From Eledone cirrhosa (Eukaryota), in assembly GCA_964016885.1 (NCBI GenBank), contig OZ024743.1, positions 344,596,001 through 344,660,000 on the forward strand: a DNA stretch of 64,000 nt, written 5' to 3'. Below, piece by piece: positions 1 through 13,900 of the stretch (position 1 is its first letter; each line of letters starts with the position of its first letter). A program made the position numbers and the translations under genes. The notes below the pieces were generated by a model. That model did not search any database. It was given only the letters and a program-made list of their open reading frames with translations, and was not told the origin of the DNA.

Positions 1-183
1 GACATCGTTGTTACAACTGTTGTTGACGTTGTCATTGTTACTACTGTTGTTGACGTTGTTATTGTTACTACTGTTGTTGACGTTGTTATTGTTACTACTG
101 TTGTTGACGTTGTTGTTGTTACTACTGTTGTTGACGTTGTAATTGTTACTACTGTTGTTGACGTTGTTGTTACTACTGTTGTT

Positions 184-890
184 GACTTTATTGTTGTTAC
201 TATTGTTGTTGACGTTGTTGTTGTTACTACTGTTGTTGGCGTTGTTTTTACTACTGTTGTTGACGTTGTTGTTGTTACTACTGTTGTTGACGTTGTTGTT
301 ACTACTGTTGTTGACGTTATTGTTGTTACTATTGTTGTTGACGTTGTTGTTGTTACTACTGTTGTTGGCGTTGTTTTTACTACTGTTGATGACGTTGTTG
401 TTGTTACTACTGTTGTTGACGTTGTTGTTGTTACTACTGTTGTTGACGTTATTGTTGTTACTATTGTTGTTGACGTTGTTGTTACTACTCTTGTTGGCGT
501 TGTTTTTACTACTGTTGTTGACGTTGTTGTTGTTACTACTGTTGTTGACGTTGTTGTTGTTACTACTGTTGTTGACGTTATTGTTGTTACTATTGTTGTT
601 GACGTTGTTGTTGTTACTACTGTTGTTGGCGTTGTTTTTACTACTGTTGTTGACGTTGTTGTTGTTACTACTGTTGTTGACGTTGTTGTTGTTACTACTG
701 TTGTTGACGTTATTGTTGTTACTATTGTTGTTGACGTTGTTGTTGTTACTACTGTTTTTGGCGTTGTTTTTACTACTGTTGTTGACGTTGTTGTTGTTAC
801 TACTGTTGTTGACGTTGTTGTTATTACTACTGTTGTTGACGTTATTGTTGTTACTATTGTTGTTGACGTTGTTGTTGTTACTACTGTTGT
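184..890. repeat. 129/132-bp pentameric sub-repeat (5 monomers), about 5 copies
   Basis: GGC-variant monomer at 238, 367, 496, 628 and 760 (spacings 129, 129, 132, 132), each unit also containing a GACGTTATT...ACTATT monomer. Confidence 0.85.
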
Positions 891-3329
891 TGACGTTGTT
901 ATTGTTACTACTGTTGTTGACGTTGTTATTGTTACTACTGTTGTTGACGTTGTTATTGTTACTACTGTTGTTGACGTTGTTGTTACTATTGTTGTTGACG
1001 TTGTTGTTGTTACTACGTTTATTGTCATTGTTGTTGTTACTACTGCTTTTGACGTTGTTGTTGTTGTTACTACTGTTGTTGACGTTGTTATTGTTACTAA
1101 TGTTGTTGACGTTATTGTTGTTACTATTGTTGTTGACGTTGTTGTTGTTACTATTGTTGTTGACGTTGTTGTTACTACTGATGTTGACGTTATTGTTGTT
1201 ACTACTGTTGTTGACGTTTTTGTTGTTACTACTGTTGTTGACGTTGTTGTTACTACTGTTGTTGACGTTGTTGTTACTACTGTTGTTGACGTTGATGTTG
1301 TTACTATTGTTGTTGACGTTGTTGTTACTACTGATGTTGACGTTATTGTTGTTACTACTGTTGTTGACTTTATTGTTGTAACTATTGTTGTTGACGTTGT
1401 TGTTGTTACTATTGTCGTTGAAGTTGTTGTTACTACTGTCGTTGACGTTGTTGTTGTTTCTAATCTTGTTGACGTTGTTGTTGTTACTACTGTTGTTGAC
1501 GTTGTTATTGTTATTGACGTTGTTATTGTTACTAATGTTGTTGACGTTATTGTTGTTACCACTGTTGTTGACGTTGTTGTTGTCAACACTGTCGTTGACG
1601 TTGTTGTTGTTACTACTGTCGTTGACGTTGTTGTTTCTAATCTTGTTGACGTTGTTGTTACTATTACTGTTGATGACCTTGTTATTGTCAGTACTGTTGT
1701 TGACGTTATTGTTGTTACTACTGTTGTTGACGTCGTTATTGTTACTACTACTGTTGTTGACGTTGTTGTTGTTACTACTGTTGTTGACGTTGTTAGTGTT
1801 ACTACTGTTGTTGACGTTGTTATTGTTACTACTGTTGTTGACGTTTTTATTGTTACTATTGTTGTTGACGTTGTTATTGTTAATACTGTTGTTGACGTTG
1901 TTGTTACTACTGTTGTTGACGTTGTTGTTGTTACTACTGTTGTTGACGTTTTTATTGTTAATACTGTTGTTGACGTTGTTATTGTTACTATTGTTGTTGA
2001 CGTTATTATTGTTAATACTGTTGTTGACGTTGTTGTTGTTACTACCGTTGTTGACGTTGTTATTGTTACTACTGTTGTTGACGTTTTTATTGTTACTACT
2101 GTTGTTGACGTTGTTATTGTTACTACTGCTGTTGACGTTGTTATTGTTACTACTGTTGTTGACGTTGTCGTTAATACTGTTGTTGACGGTGTTGTTGTTA
2201 CTACTGTTGTTGACGTTGTTGTTGTTACTACTGTTGTTGACGTTGTAATTGTTACTACTGTTGGTGACTTTGTTATTGTTAATACTGCTGTTGACGGTAT
2301 TGTTGTTACTACTGTTATTGACGTTGTTGTTACTACTGTTGTTGTTACTATTGTTGTTGACGTTGTTGTTACTACTGTTGTTGACGTTGTTGTTGTTACT
2401 ACTGTTGTTGACGTTGTTGCTGTTACTATTGTTGTTGACGTTGTTATTGTTACTACTGTTGTTGACGTTGTTGTTTTTACTACTATTGTTGGCGTTGTTA
2501 TTGTTACTACTGTTGTTGACGTTGTTGTTACTACCGTTGTTGGCGCTGTTATTGTTACTACTGTTGTTGACGTTGTTGTTACTACTGTTGTTGACGTTGT
2601 TATTGTTAATACTGTTGTTGACGGTATTGTTGTTACTACCGTTGTTGACGTTGTTGTTGTTACTACTGTTGTTGACGTTGTTATTGTTACTACTGTTGTT
2701 GACGTTGTTGTTTTTACTACTGTTGTTGACGTTGTTATTGTTAATACTGTTGTTGACGTTGTTGTTATTACTGCTGTTGTTGACGTTGTTGTTGTTACTA
2801 CTTCTGTTGACGTTGTTATTGTTACAACTGTTGTTGACGTTGTTGTTTTAACTACTGTTGTTGACGTTGTTTTTGTTACTACTGTTGTTGACGTTGTTGT
2901 TTTTACTACTGTTGTTGTTGACGTTGTTGTTTTTACTACTGTTGTTGACGTTGTTGTTGTTACTACTGTTGTTGACGTTGTTGTTTTTACTACTACTGTT
3001 GTTGACGTTGTTGTTTTTACTACTGTTGTTGACGTTGTTATTGTTACTACTGTTGTTGACGTTGTTGTTGTTACTACTGTTGTTGACGTTGTTATTGTTA
3101 CTACTGTTGTTGACGTTGTTGTTGTTACTACTGTTGTGACGTTGTTGTTGTTACTACTGTTGTTGACGTTGTTGTTAATACTGTTGTTGACGGTGTTGTT
3201 GTTACTACTGTTGTTGACGTTGTTGTTGTTACTACTGTTGTTGACGTTGTAATTGTTACTACTGTTGGTGACTTTGTTATTGTTAATACTGCTGTTGACG
3301 TTGTTGTTGTTACTACTGTTGTTGACGTT

Positions 3330-5610
3330 GTTATTCTTACTACTGTTGTTGACGTTGTTGTTGTTACTACTGTTGTTGACGTTGGTGTTGTTACTACTGT
3401 TGTTGACGTTGTTGTTGTTACTACTGTTGTTGTTGGTGTTGTTATTGTTACCAATGTTGTTGACGTTATTGTTGTTACTACTGTTGTTGACGTTATTGTT
3501 GTTACTACTGTTGTTGACGTTATTGTTGTTACTACTGCTGTTGACGTTGTTATTGTTACTACTGTTGTTGATGTTGTTGTTGTTACTACTGTTGTTGACG
3601 TTGTTGTTGTTACTACTGTTGTTGACGTTGTTGTTGTTACTACTGTTGTTATTGTTGTTGTTATTGTTACTACTGTTGTTGACGTTGTTATTGTTACTAC
3701 TGTTGTTGACGTTGTTATTGTTACTACTGTCATTGACGTTGTAATTGTTACTACTGTTGTTGACGTTGTTGTTGTTACTATTGTTGTTGACGTTGTTATT
3801 GTTACTACTGTTGTTGACGTTGTTATTGTTACTACTGTTGTTGACGTTGTAATTGTTACTACTGTTGTTGACGTTGTTGTTGTTACTACTGTTGTTGACG
3901 TTATTTTTGTTACTATTGTTGTTGATGTTGTTGTTGTTACTACTGTTGTTGGCCTTGTTTTTTCTACTGTTGTTGACGTTGTTGTTGTTACTACTGTTGT
4001 TGACGTTGTTGTTGTTACTACTGTTGTTGACGTTATTGTTGTTACTATTGTTGTTGACGTTGTTGTTGTTACTACTGTTGTTGGCGTTGTTTTTACTACT
4101 GTTGTTGACGTTGTTGTTGTTACTACTGTTGTTGACATTGTTATTGTTACTACTCTTGTTGACGTTGTTATTGTTACTATTGTTGTTGACGTTGTTGTTA
4201 CTATTGTTGTTGACGTTGTTGTTGTTACTACGGTTATTGACATCGTTGTTGTTACTACTGCTTTTGGCGTTGTTGTTGTTACTACTGTTGTTGACGTTGT
4301 TATTGTTACTAATGTTGTTGACGTTATTGTTGTTACTATTGTTGTTGACGTTGTTGTTACTACTGTTGTTGACGTTGTTGTTGTTACTACTGTTGTTGAC
4401 GTTGTTGCTGTTACTATTGTTGTTGACGTTGTTATTGTTACTACTGTTGTTGACGTTGTTGTTTTTACTACTATTGTTGGCGTTGTTATTCTTACTACTG
4501 TTGTTGACGTTGTTGTTGTTACTACTGTTGTTGACGTTGGTGTTGTTACTACTTTTGTTGACGTTTTTGTTGTTACTACTGTTGTTGTTGGTGTTGTTAT
4601 TGTTACCAATGTTGTTGACGTTATTGTTGTTACTACTGTTGTTGACGTTATTGTTGTTACTACTGTTGTTGACGTTATTGTTGTTACTACTGCTGTTGAC
4701 GTTGTTATTGTTACTACTGTTGTTGATGTTGTTGTTGTTACTACCGTTGTTGACGTTGTTGTTGTTACTACTGTTGTTGACGTTGTTGTTGTTACTACTG
4801 TTGTTATTGTTGTTGTTATTGTTACTACTGTTGTTGACGTTGTTATTGTTACTACTGTTGTTGACGTTGTTATTGTTACTACTGTTATTGACGTTGTAAT
4901 TGTTACTACTGTTGTTGACGTTGTTGTTGTTACTATTGTTGTTGACGTTGTTATTGTTACTACTGTTGTTGACGTTGTTATTGTTACTACTGTTGTTGAC
5001 GTTGTAATTGTTACTACTGTTGTTGACGTTGTTGTTGTTACTACTGTTGTTGACGTTATTTTTGTTACTATTGTTGTTGATGTTGTTATTGTTACTACTG
5101 TTGTTGGCCTTGTTTTTTCTACTGTTGTTGACGTTGTTGTTGTTACTACTGTTGTTGACGTTATTGTTGTTACTATTGTTGTTGACGTTGTTGTTGTTAC
5201 TACTGTTGTTGGCGTTGTTTTTACTACTGTTGTTGACGTTGTTGTTGTTACTACTGTTGTTGACATTGTTATTGTTACTACTGTTGTTGACATTGTTATT
5301 GTTACTATTGTTGTTGACGTTGTTGTTACTATTGTTGTTGACGTTGTTGTTGTTACTACGGTTATTGACATCGTTGTTGTTACTACTGCTTTTGACGTTG
5401 TTGTTGTTACTACTGTTGTTGACGTTGTTATTGTTACTAATGTTGTTGACGTTATTGTTGTTACTATTGTTGTTGACGTTGTTGTTACTACTGTTGTTGA
5501 CGTTGTTGTTGTTACTACTGTTGTTGACGTTGTTGCTGTTACTATTGTTGTTGACGTTGTTATTGTTACTACTGTTGTTGACGTTGTTGTTTTTACTACT
5601 ATTGTTGGCG
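3330..5610. repeat. ~1,155-bp tandem duplication
   Basis: ATTCTT marker at 3333 and 4488, followed by the same ordered variants (GGTGTT, ACCAAT, GGCCTT). ORF starts at 3853 and 5008 differ by 1,155. Confidence 0.8.
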
Positions 5611-7570
5611 TTGTTATTGTTACTACTGTTGTTGACGTTGTTGTTTTTACTACTATTGTTGGCGTTGTTATTGTTACTACTGTTGTTGACGTTGTTGTTA
5701 CTACCGTTGTTGGCGCTGTTATTGTTACTACTGTTGTTGACGTTGTTGTTACTACTGTTGTTGACGTTGTTATTGTTAATACTGTTGTTGACGGTATTGT
5801 TGTTACTACCGTTGTTGACGTTGTTGTTGTTACTACTGTTGTTGACGTTGTTATTGTTACTACTGTTGTTGACGTTGTTGTTTTTACTACTGTTGTTGAC
5901 GTTGTTATTGTTAATACTGTTGTTGACGTTGTTGTTATTACTACTGTTGTTGACGTTGTTGTTGTTACTACTTCTGTTGACGTTGTTATTGTTACAACTG
6001 TTGTTGACGTTGTTGTTTTAACTACTGTTGTTGACGTTGTTGTTGTTACTACTGTTGTTGACGTTGTTGTTTTTACTACTGTTGTTGTTGACGTTGTTGT
6101 TTTTACTACTGTTGTTGACGTTGTTGTTGTTACTAGTGTTGTTGACGTTGTTGTTTTTACTACTACTGTTGTTGACATTGTTGTTTTTACTACTGTTGTT
6201 GACGTTGTTATTGTTACTACTGTTGTTGACGTTGTTGTTGTTACTACTGTTGTTGACGTTGTTATTGTTACTACTGTTGTTGACGTTATTTTTGTTACTA
6301 CTGTTGTTGACGTTGTTGTTGTTACTACTGTTGTTGACGTTATTTTTGTTACTATTGTTGTTGATGTTGTTATTGTTACTACTGTTGTTGGCCTTGTTTT
6401 TTCTACTGTTGTTGACGTTGTTGTTGTTACTACTGTTGTTGACGTTATTGTTGTTACTATTGTTGTTGACGTTGTTGTTGTTACTACTGTTGTTGGCGTT
6501 GTTTTTACTACTGTTGTTGACGTTGTTGTTGTTACTACTGTTGTTGACATTGTTATTGTTACTACTGTTGTTGACATTGTTATTGTTACTATTGTTGTTG
6601 ACGTTGTTGTTACTATTGTTGTTGACGTTGTTGTTGTTACTACGGTTATTGACATCGTTGTTGTTACTACTGCTTTTGACGTTGTTGTTGTTACTACTGT
6701 TGTTGACGTTGTTATTGTTACTAATGTTGTTGACGTTATTGTTGTTACTATTGTTGTTGACGTTGTTGTTACTACTGTTGTTGACGTTGTTGTTGTTACT
6801 ACTGTTGTTGACGTTGTTGCTGTTACTATTGTTGTTGACGTTGTTATTGTTACTACAGTTGTTGACGTTGTTGTTTTTACTACTATTGTTGGCGTTGTTA
6901 TTGTTACTACTGTTGTTGACGTTGTTGTTTTTACTACTATTGTTGGCGTTGTTATTGTTACTACTGTTGTTGACGTTGTTGTTACTACCGTTGTTGGCGC
7001 TGTTATTGTTACTACTGTTGTTGACGTTGTTGTTACTACTGTTGTTGACGTTGTTATTGTTAATACTGTTGTTGACGGTATTGTTGTTACTACCGTTGTT
7101 GACGTTGTTGTTGTTACTACTGTTGTTGACGTTGTTATTGTTACTACTGTTGTTGACGTTGTTGTTTTTACTACTGTTGTTGACGTTGTTATTGTTAATA
7201 CTGTTGTTGACGTTGTTGTTATTACTACTGTTGTTGACGTTGTTGTTGTTACTACTTCTGTTGACGTTGTTATTGTTACAACTGTTGTTGACGTTGTTGT
7301 TTTAACTACTGTTGTTGACGTTGTTGTTGTTACTACTGTTGTTGACGTTGTTGTTTTTACTACTGTTGTTGTTGACGTTGTTGTTTTTACTACTGTTGTT
7401 GACGTTGTTGTTGTTACTAGTGTTGTTGACGTTGTTGTTTTTACTACTACTCTTGTTGACATTGTTGTTTTTACTACTGTTGTTGACGTTGTTATTGTTA
7501 CTACTGTTGTTGACGTTGTTGTTGTTACTACTGTTGTTGACGTTGTTATTGTTACTACTGTTGTTGACGT
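5010..7570. repeat. 1,284-bp tandem duplication
   Basis: GACGTTATTTTTGTTACTATT at 5052 and 6336. ORF starts at 6028 and 7312 differ by 1,284, and the ORF at 3128..7462 shows the duplicated block in translation. Confidence 0.85.
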
Positions 7571-10500
7571 TGTTGTTCTTACTACTGTTGTGACGTTGTT
7601 GTTGTTACTACTGTTGTTGACGTTGTTGTTGTTACTACTGTTGTTGACGTTGTTATTGTTACTACTGTTGTTGACGTTGTTGTTGTTACTACTGTTGTTG
7701 ACGTTGTTGTTGTTACTACTGTTGTTGACGTTGTTGTTACTACTGTTGTTGACGTTATTGTTGTTACTATTGTTGTTGACGTTGTTGTTGTTACTACTGT
7801 TGTTGGCGTTGTTTTTACTACTGTTGATGACGTTGTTGTTGTTACTACTGTTGTTGACGTTGTTGTTGTTACTACTGTTGTTGACGTTATTGTTGTTACT
7901 ATTGTTGTTGACGTTGTTGTTGTTACTACTCTTGTTGGCGTTGTTTTTACTACTGTTGTTGACGTTGTTGTTGTTACTACTGTTGTTGACGTTGTTGTTG
8001 TTACTACTGTTGTTGACGTTATTCTTGTTACTATTGTTGTTGACGTTGTTGTTGTTACTACTGTTTTTGGCGTTGTTTTTACTACTGTTGTTGACGTTGT
8101 TGTTGTTACTACTGTTGTTGACGTTGTTGTTATTACTACTGTTGTTGACGTTATTGTTGTTACTATTGTTGTTGACGTTGTTGTTGTTACTACTGTTGTT
8201 GACGTTGTAATTGTTACTACTGTTGTTGACGTTGTTATTGTTACTACTGTTGTTGACGTTGTTGTTACTATTGTTGTTGACGTTGTTGTTGTTACTACGT
8301 TTATTGTCATTGTTGTTGTTACTACTGCTTTTGACGTTGTTGTTGTTGTTACTACTGTTGTTGACGTTGTTATTGTTACTAATGTTGTTGACGTTATTGT
8401 TGTTACTATTGTTGTTGACGTTGTTGTTGTTACTATTGTTGTTGACGTTGTTGTTACTACTGATGTTGACGTTATTGTTGTCACTACTGTTGTTGACGTT
8501 TTTGTTGTTACTACTGTTGTTGACGTTGTTGTTACTACTGTTGTTGACGTTGATGTTGTTACTATTGTTGTTGACGTTGTTGTTACTACTGATGTTGACG
8601 TTATTGTTGTTACTACTGTTGTTGACTTTATTGTTGTAACTATTGTTGTTGACGTTGTTGTTGTTACTACTGTCGTTGAAGTTGTTGTTGTTACTACTGT
8701 CGTTGACGTTGTTGTTGTTTCTAATCTTGTTGACGTTGTTGTTGTTACTACTGTTGTTGACGTTGTTATTGTTATTGACGTTGTTATTGTTACTAATGTT
8801 GTTGACGTTATTGTTGTTACCACTGTTGTTGACGTTGTTGTTGTCACCACTGTCGTTGACGTTGTTGTTGTTACTACTGTCGTTGACGTTGTTGTTTCTA
8901 ATCTTGTTGACGTTGTTGTTACTATTACTGTTGATGACCTTGTTATTGTCAGTACTGTTGTTGACGTTATTGTTGTTACTACTGTTGTTGACGTCGTTAT
9001 TGTTACTACTACTGTTGTTGACGTTGTTGTTGTTACTACTGTTGTTGACGTTGTTATTGTTACTACTGTTGTTGACGTTGTTATTGTTACTACTGTTGTT
9101 GACGTTTTTATTGTTACTATTGTTGTTGACGTTGTTATTGTTAATACTGTTGTTGACGTTGTTGTTACTACTGTTGTTGACGTTGTTGTTGTTACTACTG
9201 TTGTTGACGTTTTTATTGTTAATACTGTTGTTGACGTTGTTGTTGTTACTACTGTTGTTGACGTTGTTGTTTTTACTACTACTGTTGTTGACATTGTTGT
9301 TTTTACTACTGTTGTTGACGTTGTTATTGTTACTACTGTTGTTGACGTTGTTGTTGTTACTACTTTTGTTGACGTTGTTATTGTTACTACTGTTGTTGAC
9401 GTTGTTGTTGTTACTACTGTTGTGACGTTGTTGTTGTTACTACTGTTGTTGACGTTGTTGTTGTTACTACTGTTGTTGACGTTGTTATTGTTACTACTGT
9501 TGTTGACGTTGTTGTTGTTACTACTGTTGTTGACGTTGTTGTTGTTACTACTGTTGTTGACGTTGTTGTTACTACTGTTGTTGACGTTATTGTTGTTACT
9601 ATTGTTGTTGACGTTGTTGTTGTTACTACTGTTGTTGGCGTTGTTTTTACTACTGTTGATGACGTTGTTGTTGTTTCTACTGTTGTTGACGTTGTTGTTG
9701 TTACTACTGTTGTTGACGTTGTTGTTGTTACTACTGTTGTTGACGTTGTTGTTTTTACTACTACTGTTGTTGACATTGTTGTTTTTACTACTGTTGTTGA
9801 CGTTGTTATTGTTACTACTGTTGTTGACGTTGTTGTTGTTACTACTGTTGTTGACGTTGTTATTGTTACTACTGTTGTTGACGTTGTTGTTGTTACTACT
9901 GTTGTGACGTTGTTGTTGTTACTACTGTTGTTGACGTTGTTGTTACTACTGTTGTTGACGTTATTATTGTTACTACTGTTGTTGACGTTGTTGTTGTTAC
10001 TACTGTTGTTGACGTTGTTGTTGTTACTACTGTTGTTGACGTTGTTGTTACTACTGTTGTTGACGTTATTGTTGTTACTACTGTTGTTGGCGTTGTTTTT
10101 ACTACTGTTGATGACGTTGTTGTTGTTACTACTGTTGTTGACGTTGTTGTTGTTACTACTGTTGTTGACGTTATTGTTGTTACTATTGTTGTTGACGTTG
10201 TTGTTGTTACTACTCTTGTTGGCGTTGTTTTTACTACTGTTGTTGACGTTGTTGTTGTTACTACTGTTGTTGATGTTGTTGTTACTACTGTTGTTGACGT
10301 TATTGTTGTTACTATTGTTGTTGACGTTGTTGTTGTTACTACTGTTGTTGGTGTTGTTTTTACAACTGTTGTTGACGTTGTTGTTGTTACTACTGTTGTT
10401 GACGTTGTTGTTGTTACTACTGTTGTTGACGTTATTGTTGTTACTATTGTTGTTGACGTTGTTGTTGTTACTACTGTTTTTGGCGTTGTTTTTACTACTG

Positions 10501-10989
10501 TTGTTGACGTTGTTGTTGTTACTACTGTTGTTGACGTTGTTGTTATTACTACTGTTGTTGACGTTATTGTTGTTACTATTGTTGTTGACGTTGTTGTTGT
10601 TACTACTGTTGTTGACGTTGTTATTGTTACTACTGTTGTTGACGTTGTTATTGTTACTACTGTTGTTGACGTTGTTATTGTTACTACTGTTGTTGACGTT
10701 GTTGTTACTATTGTTGTTGACGTTGTTGTTGTTACTACGTTTATTGTCATTGATGTTGTTACTACTTCTGTTGACGTTGTTGTTGTTGTTACTACTGTTG
10801 TTGACGTTGTAATTGTTACTAATGTTGTTAACGTTATTGTTGTTACTATTGTTGTTGACGTTGTTGTTGCTATTGTTGTTGACGTTGTTGCTACTACTGA
10901 TGTTGACGTTATTGTTGTTACTACTGTTGTTGACGTTTTTGTTGTTACTACTGTTGTTGACGTTGTTGTTACTACTGTTGTTGACGTTG

Positions 10990-13900
10990 TTGTTACTACT
11001 GTTGTTGACGTTGATGTTGTTACTATTGTTGTTGACGTTGTTGTTACTACTGATGTTGACGTTATTGTTGTTACTACTGTTGTTGACTTTATTGTTGTAA
11101 CTATTGTTGTTGACGTTGTTGTTGTTACTACTGTCGTTGAAGTTGTTGTTGTTACTACTGTCGTTGACGTTGTTGTTGTTTCTAATCTTGTTGACGTTGT
11201 TGTTGTTACTACTGTTGTTGACGTTGTTATTGTTATTGACGTTGTTATTGTTACTAATGTTGTTGACGTTATTGTTGTTACCACTGTTGTTGACGTTGTT
11301 GCTGTCACCACTGTCGTTGACGTTGTTGTTGTTACTACTGTCGTTGACGTTGTTGTTTCTAATCTTGTTGACGTTGTTGATACTATTACTGTTGATGACC
11401 TTGTTATTGTCAGTACTGTTGTTGACGTTATTGTTGTTACTACTGTTGTTGACGTCGTTATTGTTACTACTACTGTTGTTGACGTTGTTGTTGTTACTAC
11501 TGTTGTTGACGTTGTTATTGTTACTACTGTTGTTGACGTTGTTATTGTTACTACTGTTGTTGACGTTTTTATTGTTACTATTGTTGTTGACGTTGTTATT
11601 GTTAATACTGTTGTTGACGTTGTTGTTACTACTGTTTTTGACGTTGTTGTTGTTACTACTGTTGTTGACGTTTTTATTGTTAATACTGTTGTTGACGTTG
11701 TTATTGTTACTACTGTTGTTGACGTTATTATTGTTAATACTGTTGTTGACGTTGTTGTTGTTACTACCGTTGTTGACGTTGTTATTGTTACTACTGTTGT
11801 TGACGTTTTTATTGTTACTACTGTTGTTGACGTTGTTATTGTTACTACTGCTGTTGACGTTGTTATTGTTACTACTGTTGTTGACGTTGTTGTTAATACT
11901 GTTGTTGACGGTGTTGTTGTTACTATTGTTGTTGACGTTGTAATTGTTACTACTGTTGGTGACTTTGTTATTGTTAATACTGCTGTTGACGGTATTGTTG
12001 TTACTACAGTTGTTGACGTTGTTGTTACTACTGTTGTTGACGTTGTTGTTGTTACTATTGTTGTTGACGTTGTTGTTACTACTGTTGTTGACGTTGTTGT
12101 TGTTACTACTGTTGTTGACGTTGTTGCTGTTACTATTGTTGTTGACGTTGTTATTGTTACTACTGTTGTTGACGGTGTTGTTTTTACTACTATTGTTGGC
12201 GTTGTTACTGTTACTACTGTTGTTGACGTTGTTGTTTTTACTACTATTGTTGGCGTTGTTATTGTTACTACTGTTGTTGACGTTGTTGTTACTACCGTTG
12301 TTTGCGCTGTTATTGTTACTACTGTTGTTGACGTTGTTGTTACTACTGTTGTTGACGTTGTTATTGTTAATACTGTTGTTGACGGTATGTTGTTACTACC
12401 GTTGTTGACGTTGTTGTTGTTACTACTGTTGTTGACGTTGTTATTGTTACTACTGTTGTTGACGTTGTTGTTTTTACTACTGTTGTTGACGTTGTTATTG
12501 TTAATACTGTTGTTGACGTTGTTGTTGTTACAACTGTTGTTGACGTTGTTGTTTTAACTACTGTTGTTGACGTTGTTTTTGTTACTACTGTTGTTGACGT
12601 TGTTGTTTTTACTACTGTTGTTGTTGACGTTGTTGTTTTTACTACTGTTGTTGACGTTGTTGTTTTTACTACTACTGTTGTTGACGTTGTTGTTTTTACT
12701 ACTGTTGTTGACGTTGTTATTGTTACTACTGGTGTTGACGTTGTTGTTGTTACTACTGTTGTTGACGTTGTTATTGTTACTACTGTTGTTGACGTTGTTG
12801 TTGTTACTACTGTTGTGACGTTGTTGTTGTTACTACTGTTGTTGACGTTGTTGTTACTACTGTTGTTGACGTTGTTATTCTTACTACTGTTGTTGACGTT
12901 GTTGTTGTTACTACTGTTGTTGACGTTGGTGTTGTTACTACTGTTGTTGACGTTGTTGTTGTTACTACTGTTGTTGTTGGTGTTGTTATTGATACCAATG
13001 TTGTTGACGTTATTGTTGTTACTACTGTTGTTGACGTTATTGTTGTTACTACTGTTGTTGACGTTATTGTTGTTACTACTGCTGTTGACGTTGTTATTGT
13101 TACTACTGTTGTTGATGTTGTTGTTGTTACTACTGTTGTTGACGTTGTTGTTGTTACTATTGTTGTTGACGTTGTTATTGTTACTACTGTTGTTGACGTT
13201 GTTATTGTTACTACTGTTGTTGACGTTGTAATTGTTACTACTGTTGTTGACGTTGTTGTTGTTACTACTGTTGTTGACGTTATTGTTGTTACTATTGTTG
13301 TTGACGTTGTTGTTGTTACTACTGTTGTTGGCGTTGTTTTTACTACTATTGTTGACGTTGTTGTTGTTACTACTGTTGTTGACATTGTTATTGTTACTAC
13401 TGTTGTTGACATTGTTATTGTTACTATTGTTGTTGACGTTGTTGTTACTATTGTTGTTGACGTTGTTGTTGTTACTACGGTTATTGACATTGTTGTTGTT
13501 ACTACTACTTTTGACGTTGTTGTTGTTACTACTGTTGTTGACGTTGTTATTGTTACTAATGTTGTTGACGTTATTGTTGTTACTATTGTTGTTGACGTTG
13601 TTGTTACTACTGTTGTTGATGTTGTTGTTACTACTGTTGTTGACGTTGTTGCTGTTACTATTGTTGTTGACGTTGTTATTGTTACTACTGTTGTTGACGT
13701 TGTTGTTTTTACTACTATTGTTGGCGTTGTTATTGTTACTACTGTTGTTGACGTTGTTGTTTTTACTACTATTGTTGGCGTTGTTATTGTTACTACTGTT
13801 GTTGACGTTGTTGTTACTACCGTTGTTGGCGCTGTTATTGTTACTACTGTTGTTGACGTTGTTGTTACTACTGTTGTTGACGTTGTTATTGTTAATACTG

